From: a virus
Lineage: Duplodnaviria; Caudoviricetes
IMG/VR virus record: IMGVR_UViG_2898571807_000002
Location: 1 to 64,000 of that record
Length of the DNA: 64,000 nt
Reading direction: 5' to 3' (one strand)
Made by a program: the position numbers and the translations under genes. The notes under the pieces were generated by a model. The model saw nothing but the letters and a program-made list of their open reading frames with translations, made no database searches and had not been told where the DNA came from. Shown here in pieces: positions 9,874 to 18,465 of this stretch (the stretch's first letter is position 1; every line of letters starts with the position of its first letter).

Positions 9874-10595
9874 ATCTGACTGGGGAAAACGTTGATCACT
9901 ACTTCGAGGGGTTGGGCTGCCCGGTCGAGGGCGAACCGGGTCACTTCCAGCACGTACTGGGCGCTGCTCAAGCGAAGGAATTCGGCCTCTTCGTCCGTCG
10001 GGCGCCGCGACTCAATCTCTTCCATGAAGCGCACGACACGGTGGCCGCGCTCGGCCAGCCGCTCATAGAACCCTGAAGGTCCAGTGTCAGGGAAGGCCGT
10101 GTCGACGCTGCCTGCGACTGACATTGGGGTGTACGAGGCAGCCCACTGCACCGGGCGGTCGTCTGCGAACATGTGCCTCTTCCGGATCAGCGTCTTCTCG
10201 CCGGCAGGAAGCTCAAGTCGTTTCGCCACGTCCGCCGGGGGCTCGATCTCCTCCGCTTGGACGAGTTCGGTGCGAGGAACGAGACCGGCCTTCTGGAGTC
10301 CCTCGGCGAAGCTGCTCCCTGACCCACGCCCGCGCGGCGGCACGCGGCGGACACGCTTCACCGTAGGCGGGACCTCGATGACGAAGGACCCAACGCCCTT
10401 CTCGATGCGGATCAGTCCCTCTCCTTCCAGGACCTGCATCGCTCGGCTGATCGAAGTCTGGTTGAGCCCGTACTTGCGCGCGAGTTCAGGCTGACTCGGC
10501 AGGGCTGCTCCGGGGCCGTACGACCCACGAAAGATCGCTTCTCGGAGATCATCGGCGACCTGCCGGTAGCGCGATCTTGGCCGCTGCACGGGCAC
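9837..10595 (-). CDS. GntR/UTRA regulator (KorSA-like)
   Basis: YRQVADDLREAI...LPSQPELARKYG winged HTH plus UTRA domain. Confidence 0.9.
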   Translation of the reverse strand: MPVQRPRSRYRQVADDLREAIFRGSYGPGAALPSQPELARKYGLNQTSISRAMQVLEGEGLIRIEKGVGSFVIEVPPTVKRVRRVPPRGRGSGSSFAEGLQKAGLVPRTELVQAEEIEPPADVAKRLELPAGEKTLIRKRHMFADDRPVQWAASYTPMSVAGSVDTAFPDTGPSGFYERLAERGHRVVRFMEEIESRRPTDEEAEFLRLSSAQYVLEVTRFALDRAAQPLEVVINVFPSQMWKLAYEWTAEE

Positions 10596-10617
10596 GAACT
10601 CCCCCTTAGTCAGGTGG

Positions 10618-10722
10618 CTATGACATGGACCCTAGCGCGCCAACGGCACAAATCGCTGTTTTCGCAGGTCATGCGCCAAGAAACACGTTGCCGTTGTGTA
10701 CCTATGACATATGTGTTAAGTT
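10618..10722. promoter_or_regulatory. divergent korSA/xis promoter region with two CTATGACAT boxes
   Basis: CTATGACAT at 10618-10626 and 10702-10710; TAAGTT -10 just before ATG 10729. Confidence 0.5.
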
Positions 10723-10728
10723 CCTCGC

Positions 10729-11040
10729 ATGGAGACCGCACCGAGCATCCCGACCGCTGAGCCCGTGGAGCCCATGTCCGCCGAACCGGCGTTCATGGAT
10801 GTCCCGGACGTGGTCGTGATCCTCGGCCGGTCGAAGGAGTACCTCTACGCCGGACTCCGCGAGGGCCGATTCCCTGGCGTGAAGTTCGGCCGCACGTGGG
10901 GCATCCCCCGAGCCTTCATCCGCAGCTTCATCGCCGACGTGGTGGAACTCGGCCTCACGACAAGCTTCGAGGACTACGCCGCCAAGTGGATCGCCCAGGC
11001 CCGAGAGGGAGTGGCCACGGTGACCGAGGTGGCGGCATGA
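10729..11040 (+). CDS. excisionase-like HTH_17 protein
   Basis: MDVPDVVVILGRSKEYLYAGLREGRFPGVKFGRTWGIPR. Confidence 0.8.
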   Translation: METAPSIPTAEPVEPMSAEPAFMDVPDVVVILGRSKEYLYAGLREGRFPGVKFGRTWGIPRAFIRSFIADVVELGLTTSFEDYAAKWIAQAREGVATVTEVAA

Positions 11041-11234
11041 GCGCCGAGCGACCCACCTACAACGTCCGGCTCATCCCGTGGGAGCACGGCTACGAGGTGC
11101 ACGTCGACTGTGTGGGCGTCACCCAGGCCAGCGACCGGAACGACATCGAGGAGATGGCCCGCGACTTCGTCGCCACCGAGTTCGACGTGCCAGCCGATTC
11201 CTTCGACCTTGCCATCTCGGACGGCGCGGCATGA
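11037..11234 (+). CDS. orphan HicB-like N-terminal domain
   Basis: GYEVHVDCVGVTQASDRNDIEEMARDFVATEFDVPADSF closely parallels the HicB at 7053-7463. Confidence 0.7.
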   Translation: MSAERPTYNVRLIPWEHGYEVHVDCVGVTQASDRNDIEEMARDFVATEFDVPADSFDLAISDGAA

Positions 11235-11803
11235 ACCCCTACCGGAAGGACCACCGCATGTTCGGTCGGAGAAGCGACCGCACCACCGACCACGACCTCA
11301 ACGCCCACGACGTGTTCTACGGCCCCGTCGGGTCCGGGAAAACCAGCCTCGCCCGCACCTACATGGAAGAGGACGACCTCGAACGCGACGGCGTGGAGAC
11401 CTGGGTGATCGACCCGTTCCTCGCCATGGCCGAGTGCCGCCACAAGGTCGACCGGTACGTCCGCGAATTCGGCGAAATCGACGAGACCCTGGCATTCCTG
11501 CTCGCGGAGACGTACTCCCGCGCGGAGTTGATCGCCGGTCTCGGGATCAAGGGGTTCGCGGTCGGCGACCAGCGCCACGACCTGCCGCTGATCTCGGTGA
11601 CCATCGCGGACGCCGACGCGGTCCTGCGTGACCTCCGGCGTGGCCGCGCGGTCGAGCAGGTGATGCGGATGTCGCGCCGCGCCGGGATCAAGTTCCGGCT
11701 CGTGGTCCTGGACCTGTCGCTTCTGTCGTTCGGCAGCTCGGAAGTGATCCGGTCCTCGGCCGTCAACGGCAACGTGCTCGCTTGCGAGAAGGCGTCCGCC
11801 TGA
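11231..11803 (+). CDS. truncated or degenerate FtsK/TraB-like P-loop protein
   Basis: GPVGSGKT Walker A, WVIDP; Walker B degenerate (TIADAD). Confidence 0.6.
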   Translation: MNPYRKDHRMFGRRSDRTTDHDLNAHDVFYGPVGSGKTSLARTYMEEDDLERDGVETWVIDPFLAMAECRHKVDRYVREFGEIDETLAFLLAETYSRAELIAGLGIKGFAVGDQRHDLPLISVTIADADAVLRDLRRGRAVEQVMRMSRRAGIKFRLVVLDLSLLSFGSSEVIRSSAVNGNVLACEKASA

Positions 11804-11954
11804 TGAGCGCCAACGACACGGCCGAGCAGCCCGCCGCGGAGGCGACCGACGAGCGCAGTCCCTTTGAGAAGTGGGTGGAGCGTGTCGGGGCGTACTGGGG
11901 CCAGTCCCTGGTCGACGCCTTCCGAACGGTCTTCCCACCGCGAGAGGACAACCG

Positions 11955-12353
11955 ATGACATCCGCCACCAACACCACCGTTGCTGACATCGCGGCCTGCC
12001 AGTTCCCCGACGGCACCGTCGTGACCGTCACCGCGACCGCGAACTGGTTCGCCTTCCACGAGGCGCACCGTGGCGGGTACGAGGCGTCGTTCCAACTGAT
12101 CGATGGAACGTCCGTCCCCGCGCGCCTCACCGCCCGCGAGTACCGGGTCCTCGGCGCCGACATGGGGCCGACCATCAAGGACTGCCGCCCGCAGCGCCTC
12201 ACGGTCACCGGCCGGGTGGCATGGGTGGATGACGCGCCCACCGTCGTGGTGACCGACGTGGAGCGGCTCGCCTCGGAGCCGTGCGAATCGCTGGAGACCC
12301 TGCGGCTGCAGGGACTTCGCTCTGCCGCGACCCTCCGGGACCGCGCGTCGTGA
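11955..12353 (+). CDS. hypothetical beta-rich protein
   Basis: GAGGA RBS; GC3 bias. Confidence 0.55.
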   Translation: MTSATNTTVADIAACQFPDGTVVTVTATANWFAFHEAHRGGYEASFQLIDGTSVPARLTAREYRVLGADMGPTIKDCRPQRLTVTGRVAWVDDAPTVVVTDVERLASEPCESLETLRLQGLRSAATLRDRAS

Positions 12354-12709
12354 ACTCCTCCGTCGCCCTGCCGGGCCCTGTGCCAGCCCCGTGCGGCGGG
12401 GCGGCGGAGGTCTACCCCGAAAGGAGCGCAGCCCATGTGGCACGAGTGCCCGACGTGCGGTTCGTCGTTCGACGAGGCCGCGGACGCGCAGACCTGCTGC
12501 CCGTCCTGAACAGCAGTGAGCCCCGCCCGGTGATGCAACACCGGGACGGGGCCGACGAGACCGCCACCAACCCCACGCAAATGAAGAAGGAGAACTGGCC
12601 TCATGGCCGAGGATACCAAGAACGGCAACGGCAGACCGACCGCGCCGACCTCCAGCATGTGGGGGAAGAAGGGCCGCGGGTACCCGGAGCTGGCAAGGGG
12701 CGGGAAGAA

Positions 12710-12982
12710 ATGACCGCCCTCGACCCGGGAGTCCGTGAGTTGCTCGCGGCCATCCGAGACATGCTCGCCCTGCCGTACCCCTCGGACGCGGACCCGGCCG
12801 ACCGGGTCAAGCGGAATGACCTGTTGGACATGCGCCGGAGCCTGGTCGTCGGCACGCTGAACGCGCTGGTCGACAGGGACGCCGACAGTCACATGGTCGA
12901 GGCGGCTGCGCAGACCCTCCGCGAGGACCTGGACCAGCGGCCCCCCACCTACGTCACCGAGGACGGGGAGGCGGACCGATGA
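12710..12982 (+). CDS. hypothetical protein
   Basis: ATGA-coupled operon; GC3 bias. Confidence 0.6.
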   Translation: MTALDPGVRELLAAIRDMLALPYPSDADPADRVKRNDLLDMRRSLVVGTLNALVDRDADSHMVEAAAQTLREDLDQRPPTYVTEDGEADR

Positions 12983-13233
12983 CCGTCCCCGGACCGGCCG
13001 TAGATCTCCGCGCGGTCGAGCAGGACATCGCCGCAGTCCTCCTCGCGTACGGTCTCGGCGGACATAACACCGTCCAGGTCGCCGCCTCCGAGATCGAGCA
13101 GGGCGGCCACATCGCCGGGCTCACCGTCAGCGCCCTCGCCTACACCCGCCCGCCGGGCCTGCCCACCGAGGAGCCCGAACGCGACCCGTTCGGCCCCCTC
13201 GCCGACCAGCTCACGGCGGAGGCGACGTCATGA
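12979..13233 (+). CDS. hypothetical protein
   Basis: ATGA overlaps at both ends. Confidence 0.55.
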   Translation: MTVPGPAVDLRAVEQDIAAVLLAYGLGGHNTVQVAASEIEQGGHIAGLTVSALAYTRPPGLPTEEPERDPFGPLADQLTAEATS

Positions 13234-13412
13234 TCCCCAGCGTCTCCACCCTGGTCGAGCGGAACATGACCGGCTCCCGACTCTTGTCGACCCGGCCGAA
13301 GCCGCTGTGCCCGGACCACCGCTGCGAGCTGGAGGGCGGTCACGTCCAGTACCGGTGCCCGCGCGGGCACCGTGTGCAGGCCGCGGACCTGAACCGGGAG
13401 GTGACCCGGTGA
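13230..13412 (+). CDS. small Zn-ribbon protein
   Basis: CPDHRC...YRCPRGH. Confidence 0.55.
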   Translation: MIPSVSTLVERNMTGSRLLSTRPKPLCPDHRCELEGGHVQYRCPRGHRVQAADLNREVTR

Positions 13413-13660
13413 ACATCCTCCGCCGCCTCATCCACGCCCTCACCGGCCGCCACCCCTGGCAGATCCAGCCCGCCGACCGCGACATCACCGGGCGGGTCCT
13501 CGGACCGTGGCGGTACTGCCCGATCTGCGGCACCACCGTCGTGCTGCTGAACGAGCCGCCCGCCGACCACCCCGAGTCGATGACCGCCGAACTCCCGCCC
13601 GAGCAGGAGGAGTGGCTCGCCGCGGTCGACCGGGAGCTGTGGGCGAAGGAGGCGGTCTAG
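13409..13660 (+). CDS. hypothetical protein
   Basis: GGAGG RBS; CPICG motif. Confidence 0.55.
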   Translation: MNILRRLIHALTGRHPWQIQPADRDITGRVLGPWRYCPICGTTVVLLNEPPADHPESMTAELPPEQEEWLAAVDRELWAKEAV

Positions 13661-13662
13661 CC

Positions 13663-13929
13663 ATGGAAGCTTTCCTGCTGCCCGCGGGCACCAGCCCGAC
13701 CGACAAGCAGATCGTCGTGAACGGGCGCTTTCTCGACAACCTCGGCCCGGTCGGCGACGGCCACCACGCCGAGACCGGCGACTGGTACCTCTTCCTCGGC
13801 GCCGACAACTACTGGAAAAGCGCCCAGGTCGTGCAGGTCCGCGACCACGGCCACCAGGTCCGCTTCATGGGCGCCCGCCAGTGGATGCCAGTGCGCGGCA
13901 TGACCGCACTGCGGGAGCCGCCGCGATGA
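13663..13929 (+). CDS. hypothetical protein
   Basis: GGAGG RBS before MEAFLL. Confidence 0.55.
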   Translation: MEAFLLPAGTSPTDKQIVVNGRFLDNLGPVGDGHHAETGDWYLFLGADNYWKSAQVVQVRDHGHQVRFMGARQWMPVRGMTALREPPR

Positions 13930-14032
13930 GCCGGCAGACACAGAAGCCGAAGCCGCTTCCCCGCAAGCCAGATCCGACTACCGATCGCCGGACCCCGTCC
14001 GGTCGTCCCCTCCCCTACTAGGAGACCTAGTC

Positions 14033-14503
14033 ATGACCGCCCGCCAGCTCCGCCGCGTGACCCCGGTCGCCTCCGGACCGCCGATGACGCCGACCTACCC
14101 GGCGCCCGCACAGCGGCCGGTCAACCCATGCCGCCGCGACCCGGACCTGTTCTTCTCCGACGACCCCGACGACATCGAAGCCGCCAAGAACATCTGCGGC
14201 GGATGCCCCTCCAGGTTGGCGTGCCTCACCTACGCCAACGACCACGAGCTCTACCACGGCGTGTGGGGCGGGCTCACCGGCGACGAGCGGCTCCACCAGA
14301 TCAGCGGCGGGTCGAAGCAGTGCCACGGCTGCCAGATGGTGCGGCCCCTTGGCCTGTTCCACCGGAACGCCAGGGACGGCTACAGCAGCCAGTGCAAGAC
14401 GTGCGAGAAGCGGAGAGACGCCGAGCGCAACGCGCTCCGCAAGCCGCAGCTCGACGCCTACAAGCGTGCAGCGCGCCAGAGGAAGCGGGAGGCCGCGGCA
14501 TGA
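14033..14503 (+). CDS. WhiB-family Fe-S regulator with an extra C-terminal Zn finger
   Basis: C..DPDLFF..AKNICGGCPSRLAC...GVWGGLT; additional CHGC...CKTC. Confidence 0.9.
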   Translation: MTARQLRRVTPVASGPPMTPTYPAPAQRPVNPCRRDPDLFFSDDPDDIEAAKNICGGCPSRLACLTYANDHELYHGVWGGLTGDERLHQISGGSKQCHGCQMVRPLGLFHRNARDGYSSQCKTCEKRRDAERNALRKPQLDAYKRAARQRKREAAA

Positions 14504-15849
14504 ACATCCCCACCCCCGCCGAGATCTCCGCCGCGGCGACCGGCGCGTGGCCGTACCTGGTGTCGGGCGGCATCGTCCTCGCCGGTGCGCTCGGCTGGAC
14601 CGCGTACCTGGCGCGCCGGCCCGAGCGCACCGGCGAGAAGATGACCTTGGAAAACAAGCTCACCTTCCTCGTCGCGATCATCATCGCCGGGGTCTGCGCC
14701 CAGGGCATGGGCCGGTTCTTCCTCGACAAGCTCGGGTTCCCGCTCACCCTCGTCATCGTTGTCGGTGGGGTCCTGGAACTGACCGCGTTCACCTGCGCGT
14801 TGCGGGCCCGCCGCAACGTCCGCGAGTCCGCCGACCACCGCGCCGGCGTCGACGGCGTCGCTGTGTGGGTCGTGACTGCCCTGTCCGGGGCGTTCTCCGC
14901 GATGGACGCCGATGGCCCCGAGGTCGCGGTGTTCCGGCTCATCATGCCGCTGCTGGCGGCGTGGCTGTGGGAACGGGGCATGTCGATCGAGCGCCGCAAG
15001 GCCCGCGGCGGCTCCAACATCCACCTGCGCCTCACCCCAGAGCGGGTGCTGGTGTGGCTCCGGATCGCAGAGCCGTCCGGGCGGACCGCGTCCGAGGTCG
15101 ACGCCCACCGGCGCCTCACCCGGGTTGCAAAGGCCGCGGCGAAGGTCCGGGCGCTCCGCCGCGACGGCGCGCGGGACTGGCGCATCGAGGTCGCGCAGCA
15201 CCGCCTCGACCGCGCTGTCCGGTCCGCCGTCGCGCACGCCGGACTCGCCGCGGACCCGGCGCGGCAGCAGGCGCTGATCGCTCAACTCGGCTCGATGTTC
15301 AACGCGGACGCGCTCGCGGACCTGTCCCCTGCCGCACCGTGGGAGGGGTTCACGTCGCTGGTTCAACGGACCGGGTTCACGGTTCAAGGCCACCAGTTCA
15401 CGCCGGTCAGGTTCACGGCGCCGACGCGGGTTGTTCACGCGGAGGTTCAAGAGCCCGTCCACTCGGAGGTCCAAGCCCAGGTTCACGCCGACGTTCAGAA
15501 CCACGGCGAGGAGGTCCACGAGCAGCGTCGTGAACTTGAACCGGGCTCCGGTCCTGAACCCGACCCGACCGCGTCCACTGAACCCGATGAAACCCAGGTT
15601 CATGAACCGCGCCCTACACAGACCACGAAGGTTCAGCGGCCCACGTTGAACCTTGGTGACCGCGCTGCGAAGAAGGCGCGCGAGGTTCAGGCCGTCGTGG
15701 ACCTGATCCACGACCGCGGCTACGACGCCGTGACCCTGACCGTGGTTCAAAACGAGCTCGGGTTCAAGAAAGGCACCGCCTACAACCGGCTGACCGAGGC
15801 CCGTGAACTGGTGAACCAAGCCGTGAACCAGAAGGCGGTGAACCAGTGA
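14500..15849 (+). CDS. Spd-like (spread) multi-TM membrane protein with C-terminal HTH
   Basis: Several TM helices, Pro/Glu-rich linker, ELGFKKGTAYNRL HTH; lies upstream of TraB. Confidence 0.6.
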   Translation: MNIPTPAEISAAATGAWPYLVSGGIVLAGALGWTAYLARRPERTGEKMTLENKLTFLVAIIIAGVCAQGMGRFFLDKLGFPLTLVIVVGGVLELTAFTCALRARRNVRESADHRAGVDGVAVWVVTALSGAFSAMDADGPEVAVFRLIMPLLAAWLWERGMSIERRKARGGSNIHLRLTPERVLVWLRIAEPSGRTASEVDAHRRLTRVAKAAAKVRALRRDGARDWRIEVAQHRLDRAVRSAVAHAGLAADPARQQALIAQLGSMFNADALADLSPAAPWEGFTSLVQRTGFTVQGHQFTPVRFTAPTRVVHAEVQEPVHSEVQAQVHADVQNHGEEVHEQRRELEPGSGPEPDPTASTEPDETQVHEPRPTQTTKVQRPTLNLGDRAAKKAREVQAVVDLIHDRGYDAVTLTVVQNELGFKKGTAYNRLTEARELVNQAVNQKAVNQ

Positions 15850-16049
15850 GAGTCGAGACGATTCCGTCGAAGACCGGGCTGAAGACCGCTGCGGCATGGT
15901 CCCTGTGTGGCGTCGCCGTGAGCTTCTTCGCGGTGGTCACCCTGACGATCCCCGCCGAAGTGTGCGTGGCAGCTGCCTTAGCTGTTGCTGCGGCCACCGC
16001 CTTGTACATGGCGGGCTGGGTGGCGAGGGGGCGCACCGATGGCCGGTAA
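15846..16049 (+). CDS. small two-TM membrane protein
   Basis: Hydrophobic; GTGA-coupled. Confidence 0.55.
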   Translation: MRVETIPSKTGLKTAAAWSLCGVAVSFFAVVTLTIPAEVCVAAALAVAAATALYMAGWVARGRTDGR

Positions 16050-16302
16050 GCGCCGCGCAGACGGCAAGCCCACCCGCCGCGTCAACCGGGTCCACCGCCG
16101 CATGGAGCGCCTCAACCAGGCGCTCGCCGCGACCACCGACCCGCGAGAGCGGGTGGTGATCGCCGCCGACCACTACCGATCCGCGCTCGCCGCTCACCAC
16201 GACCAGGCGAGCGCCGAGCGAGTCGTGACGTTCCTCGTGGAGGCCGGGAACCGGCTCTTCATCCAGTCGATCGGAGCCGACAAGTATGTCGACGCAGAGT
16301 GA
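16039..16302 (+). CDS. hypothetical protein
   Basis: Operonic; GC3 bias. Confidence 0.55.
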   Translation: MAGKRRADGKPTRRVNRVHRRMERLNQALAATTDPRERVVIAADHYRSALAAHHDQASAERVVTFLVEAGNRLFIQSIGADKYVDAE

Positions 16303-16762
16303 CACCGGGCGGGGGACCGCACAGTCCGCACAGTGCGGCCCGCACAGTGGAGACGAGCCGGTTGCCGGGGCCCAACGCGCAGGGCGCGCGGGCGCGCGCG
16401 AGAGTACCGCCGAAACCGCACAGTCACAACCCGACAGTGCGGAACCCGCGAAAGTCACGGCGAGTGACTACGCCGCCGAGGTCGGGTCGTGGATCAGGAC
16501 CACCTTCACCCCGCCCGACTTCTGGTCGACCGACCGTCCCGCCCTGGAAAAGGTGTGGGCCTACGCCACCCGCGGCGAGTGGACCACCGAAGGCGGCGTG
16601 TTCCGCGCCGCCGGTCAGGTGTACGCCCTTGGCGTCGCGCTCCCGATCATCTTTGTCGCCCGGGCCGTGGACTTCGTCGTGGAGCGGCCCTCACGTCTCG
16701 CCGCCACCGCGGTCCTGCTGTGGCTGCTGTCCCGAGTTCCGCCGCTGGCGTGGCTCATCTGA
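16286..16762 (+). CDS. membrane protein of the transfer operon
   Basis: C-terminal TM segments. Confidence 0.6.
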   Translation: MSTQSDTGRGTAQSAQCGPHSGDEPVAGAQRAGRAGARESTAETAQSQPDSAEPAKVTASDYAAEVGSWIRTTFTPPDFWSTDRPALEKVWAYATRGEWTTEGGVFRAAGQVYALGVALPIIFVARAVDFVVERPSRLAATAVLLWLLSRVPPLAWLI

Positions 16763-16781
16763 AACCGAAAGGAGAGACCCG

Positions 16782-17234
16782 ATGGGATGGGTCGTGCTAC
16801 TGCCCACCGCCGCCGTGTGGTGGGTCATCAACCGGAAGGTCAGCCCCAAGCGCCCTGGCCTGGCGACCATGGTTTCGATCGCCACGATGGCCCTGGCATG
16901 GATCGCCGGGTGTGGGCTCGCGTACACGTTCGCTGGACGGTGGATCGCCACGATCGTGTCTTCCTGGGCTGGCGGCGGTCTCGCGAGGATCACCGGGGAG
17001 CCGGGCATCCGCGCTGGGTTCGTGATCGCGGTGACGTTGCTGGCGGTGCTGATCGCCGTCGTCGACATCGCGCAGGACAGGCGCGCGGACGGCGGCGCTC
17101 AGTTCTCAGCGTTCTTCATGCCGACGCTGCTGGCGTTGGTTGTGGGCGGAACGCTCGGTGAGACCGGCGGCGGTGCCGTCCAGTCCGTCACTAGCCAGGT
17201 CGCGATGCTCGTCAGTCAGATCGGCGGCGCGTGA
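16782..17234 (+). CDS. multi-TM membrane protein of the transfer operon
   Basis: AAAGGAG RBS; four hydrophobic segments. Confidence 0.65.
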   Translation: MGWVVLLPTAAVWWVINRKVSPKRPGLATMVSIATMALAWIAGCGLAYTFAGRWIATIVSSWAGGGLARITGEPGIRAGFVIAVTLLAVLIAVVDIAQDRRADGGAQFSAFFMPTLLALVVGGTLGETGGGAVQSVTSQVAMLVSQIGGA

Positions 17235-18361
17235 TGGACCCGTTCTTCGCGCTGATCATCGCGCTGTACATCGCGGGGAAGTTCACCAAGAACGTCGCCC
17301 AGGATGTGGCGTGGAAGGCGCGCGGGGAGGACCCGCCTTCGTACCGGCGCGAGCAGGAGCGGTGGAAGCGCAAGCAGGCCAAACGCGCCAAGGGCGACGG
17401 GCCGGGCCGACGCCTGCTGTTGAACGCCTGGGCGGACGCCTGCGCCGCGGGGGACGAGCGCCGGGCGCGGCTCGCGCAACGTGCTGCGGAACGCCGCCGC
17501 GCCCAGTGGGCTGAGGCCGACGCCGACGCTGTGGAGGCCGAGGCGCGGGAGATCAACGACCGCGTCGCCAGCCCGGCGACCGAACCGGTCTTCACGTGCG
17601 GTGGCTGCCAGCGCGAGATCGGGCAGTCCGAGGTCGCCGGGTACGCGCTGTCCGGTGACCCGCTCTGCCGGACCTGCCGTACCGCCCCCGCCGAGCCCAC
17701 CGCAGACAAGGCCGCGGATGATGCGGAGACCTCCAAGGACACTCGGCGGCGCTGCCACGCCTGCGGATTCCTGAAAGACCCGGCCGACCTCCGCAACGCC
17801 GCCTGCTTCAGCTGTCCCGGCGACGAAGGCGCCAACGTCAACGCCTGCACCGACTGTCTCCAAGCCACCCGCGACCAGCAGGAGACCGCGGATCGGGCCT
17901 TCGAGAGCGACACGCACGTCGTCCGTGCCCGGGCCTCCACACAGCCCGCACCCGAGACCGAGGTCCCCTCGGCTCCAGACCACCCCGACGGCGCCACCGG
18001 CACTGTCACCAGTCTCGCCGAGTGGCGCAGCAAGGGTGCCACTCCACCACTCACCAGGGAGGACATCGTGTCCGAGTCCGGAGAAACCACCAACCTCGCC
18101 GCCGCCCTTCAATACGCGCAGAGCATGGCCCAGCAGTGCGCCGCGGGTGCGGTGTCATGCGAGACGAGCCGCGCGACCCTCACCGGGGGCGGGGTTTCGG
18201 GTGAAGCGATCACCCGTCTGCACCACGCAGAGGAGTCGCTGCAGAGGGCGCAGGCCGACTTCCTCGGCATGCACTCCGCGCTGATGCGTCAGGTCAACGT
18301 CAAGGACGCCTACCAGGCCGCGCCCGAAGCTGGCGACAAGAGCTTCCAAATGCAGGAGTAG
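17231..18361 (+). CDS. hypothetical protein with Zn-finger motifs
   Basis: N-terminal TM; CGGC, CRTC, CHAC, CFSC, CTDC. Confidence 0.65.
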   Translation: MMDPFFALIIALYIAGKFTKNVAQDVAWKARGEDPPSYRREQERWKRKQAKRAKGDGPGRRLLLNAWADACAAGDERRARLAQRAAERRRAQWAEADADAVEAEAREINDRVASPATEPVFTCGGCQREIGQSEVAGYALSGDPLCRTCRTAPAEPTADKAADDAETSKDTRRRCHACGFLKDPADLRNAACFSCPGDEGANVNACTDCLQATRDQQETADRAFESDTHVVRARASTQPAPETEVPSAPDHPDGATGTVTSLAEWRSKGATPPLTREDIVSESGETTNLAAALQYAQSMAQQCAAGAVSCETSRATLTGGGVSGEAITRLHHAEESLQRAQADFLGMHSALMRQVNVKDAYQAAPEAGDKSFQMQE

Positions 18362-18465
18362 CGCGGGATTGACGTCGAGTCCGGGCGCCCGTCTCGTACG
18401 GGCGCCTCACCCGACGCCACATCCCCGGAGACCCCGCACCCAAGACTCAGCCGAGGAGCAAGGCG

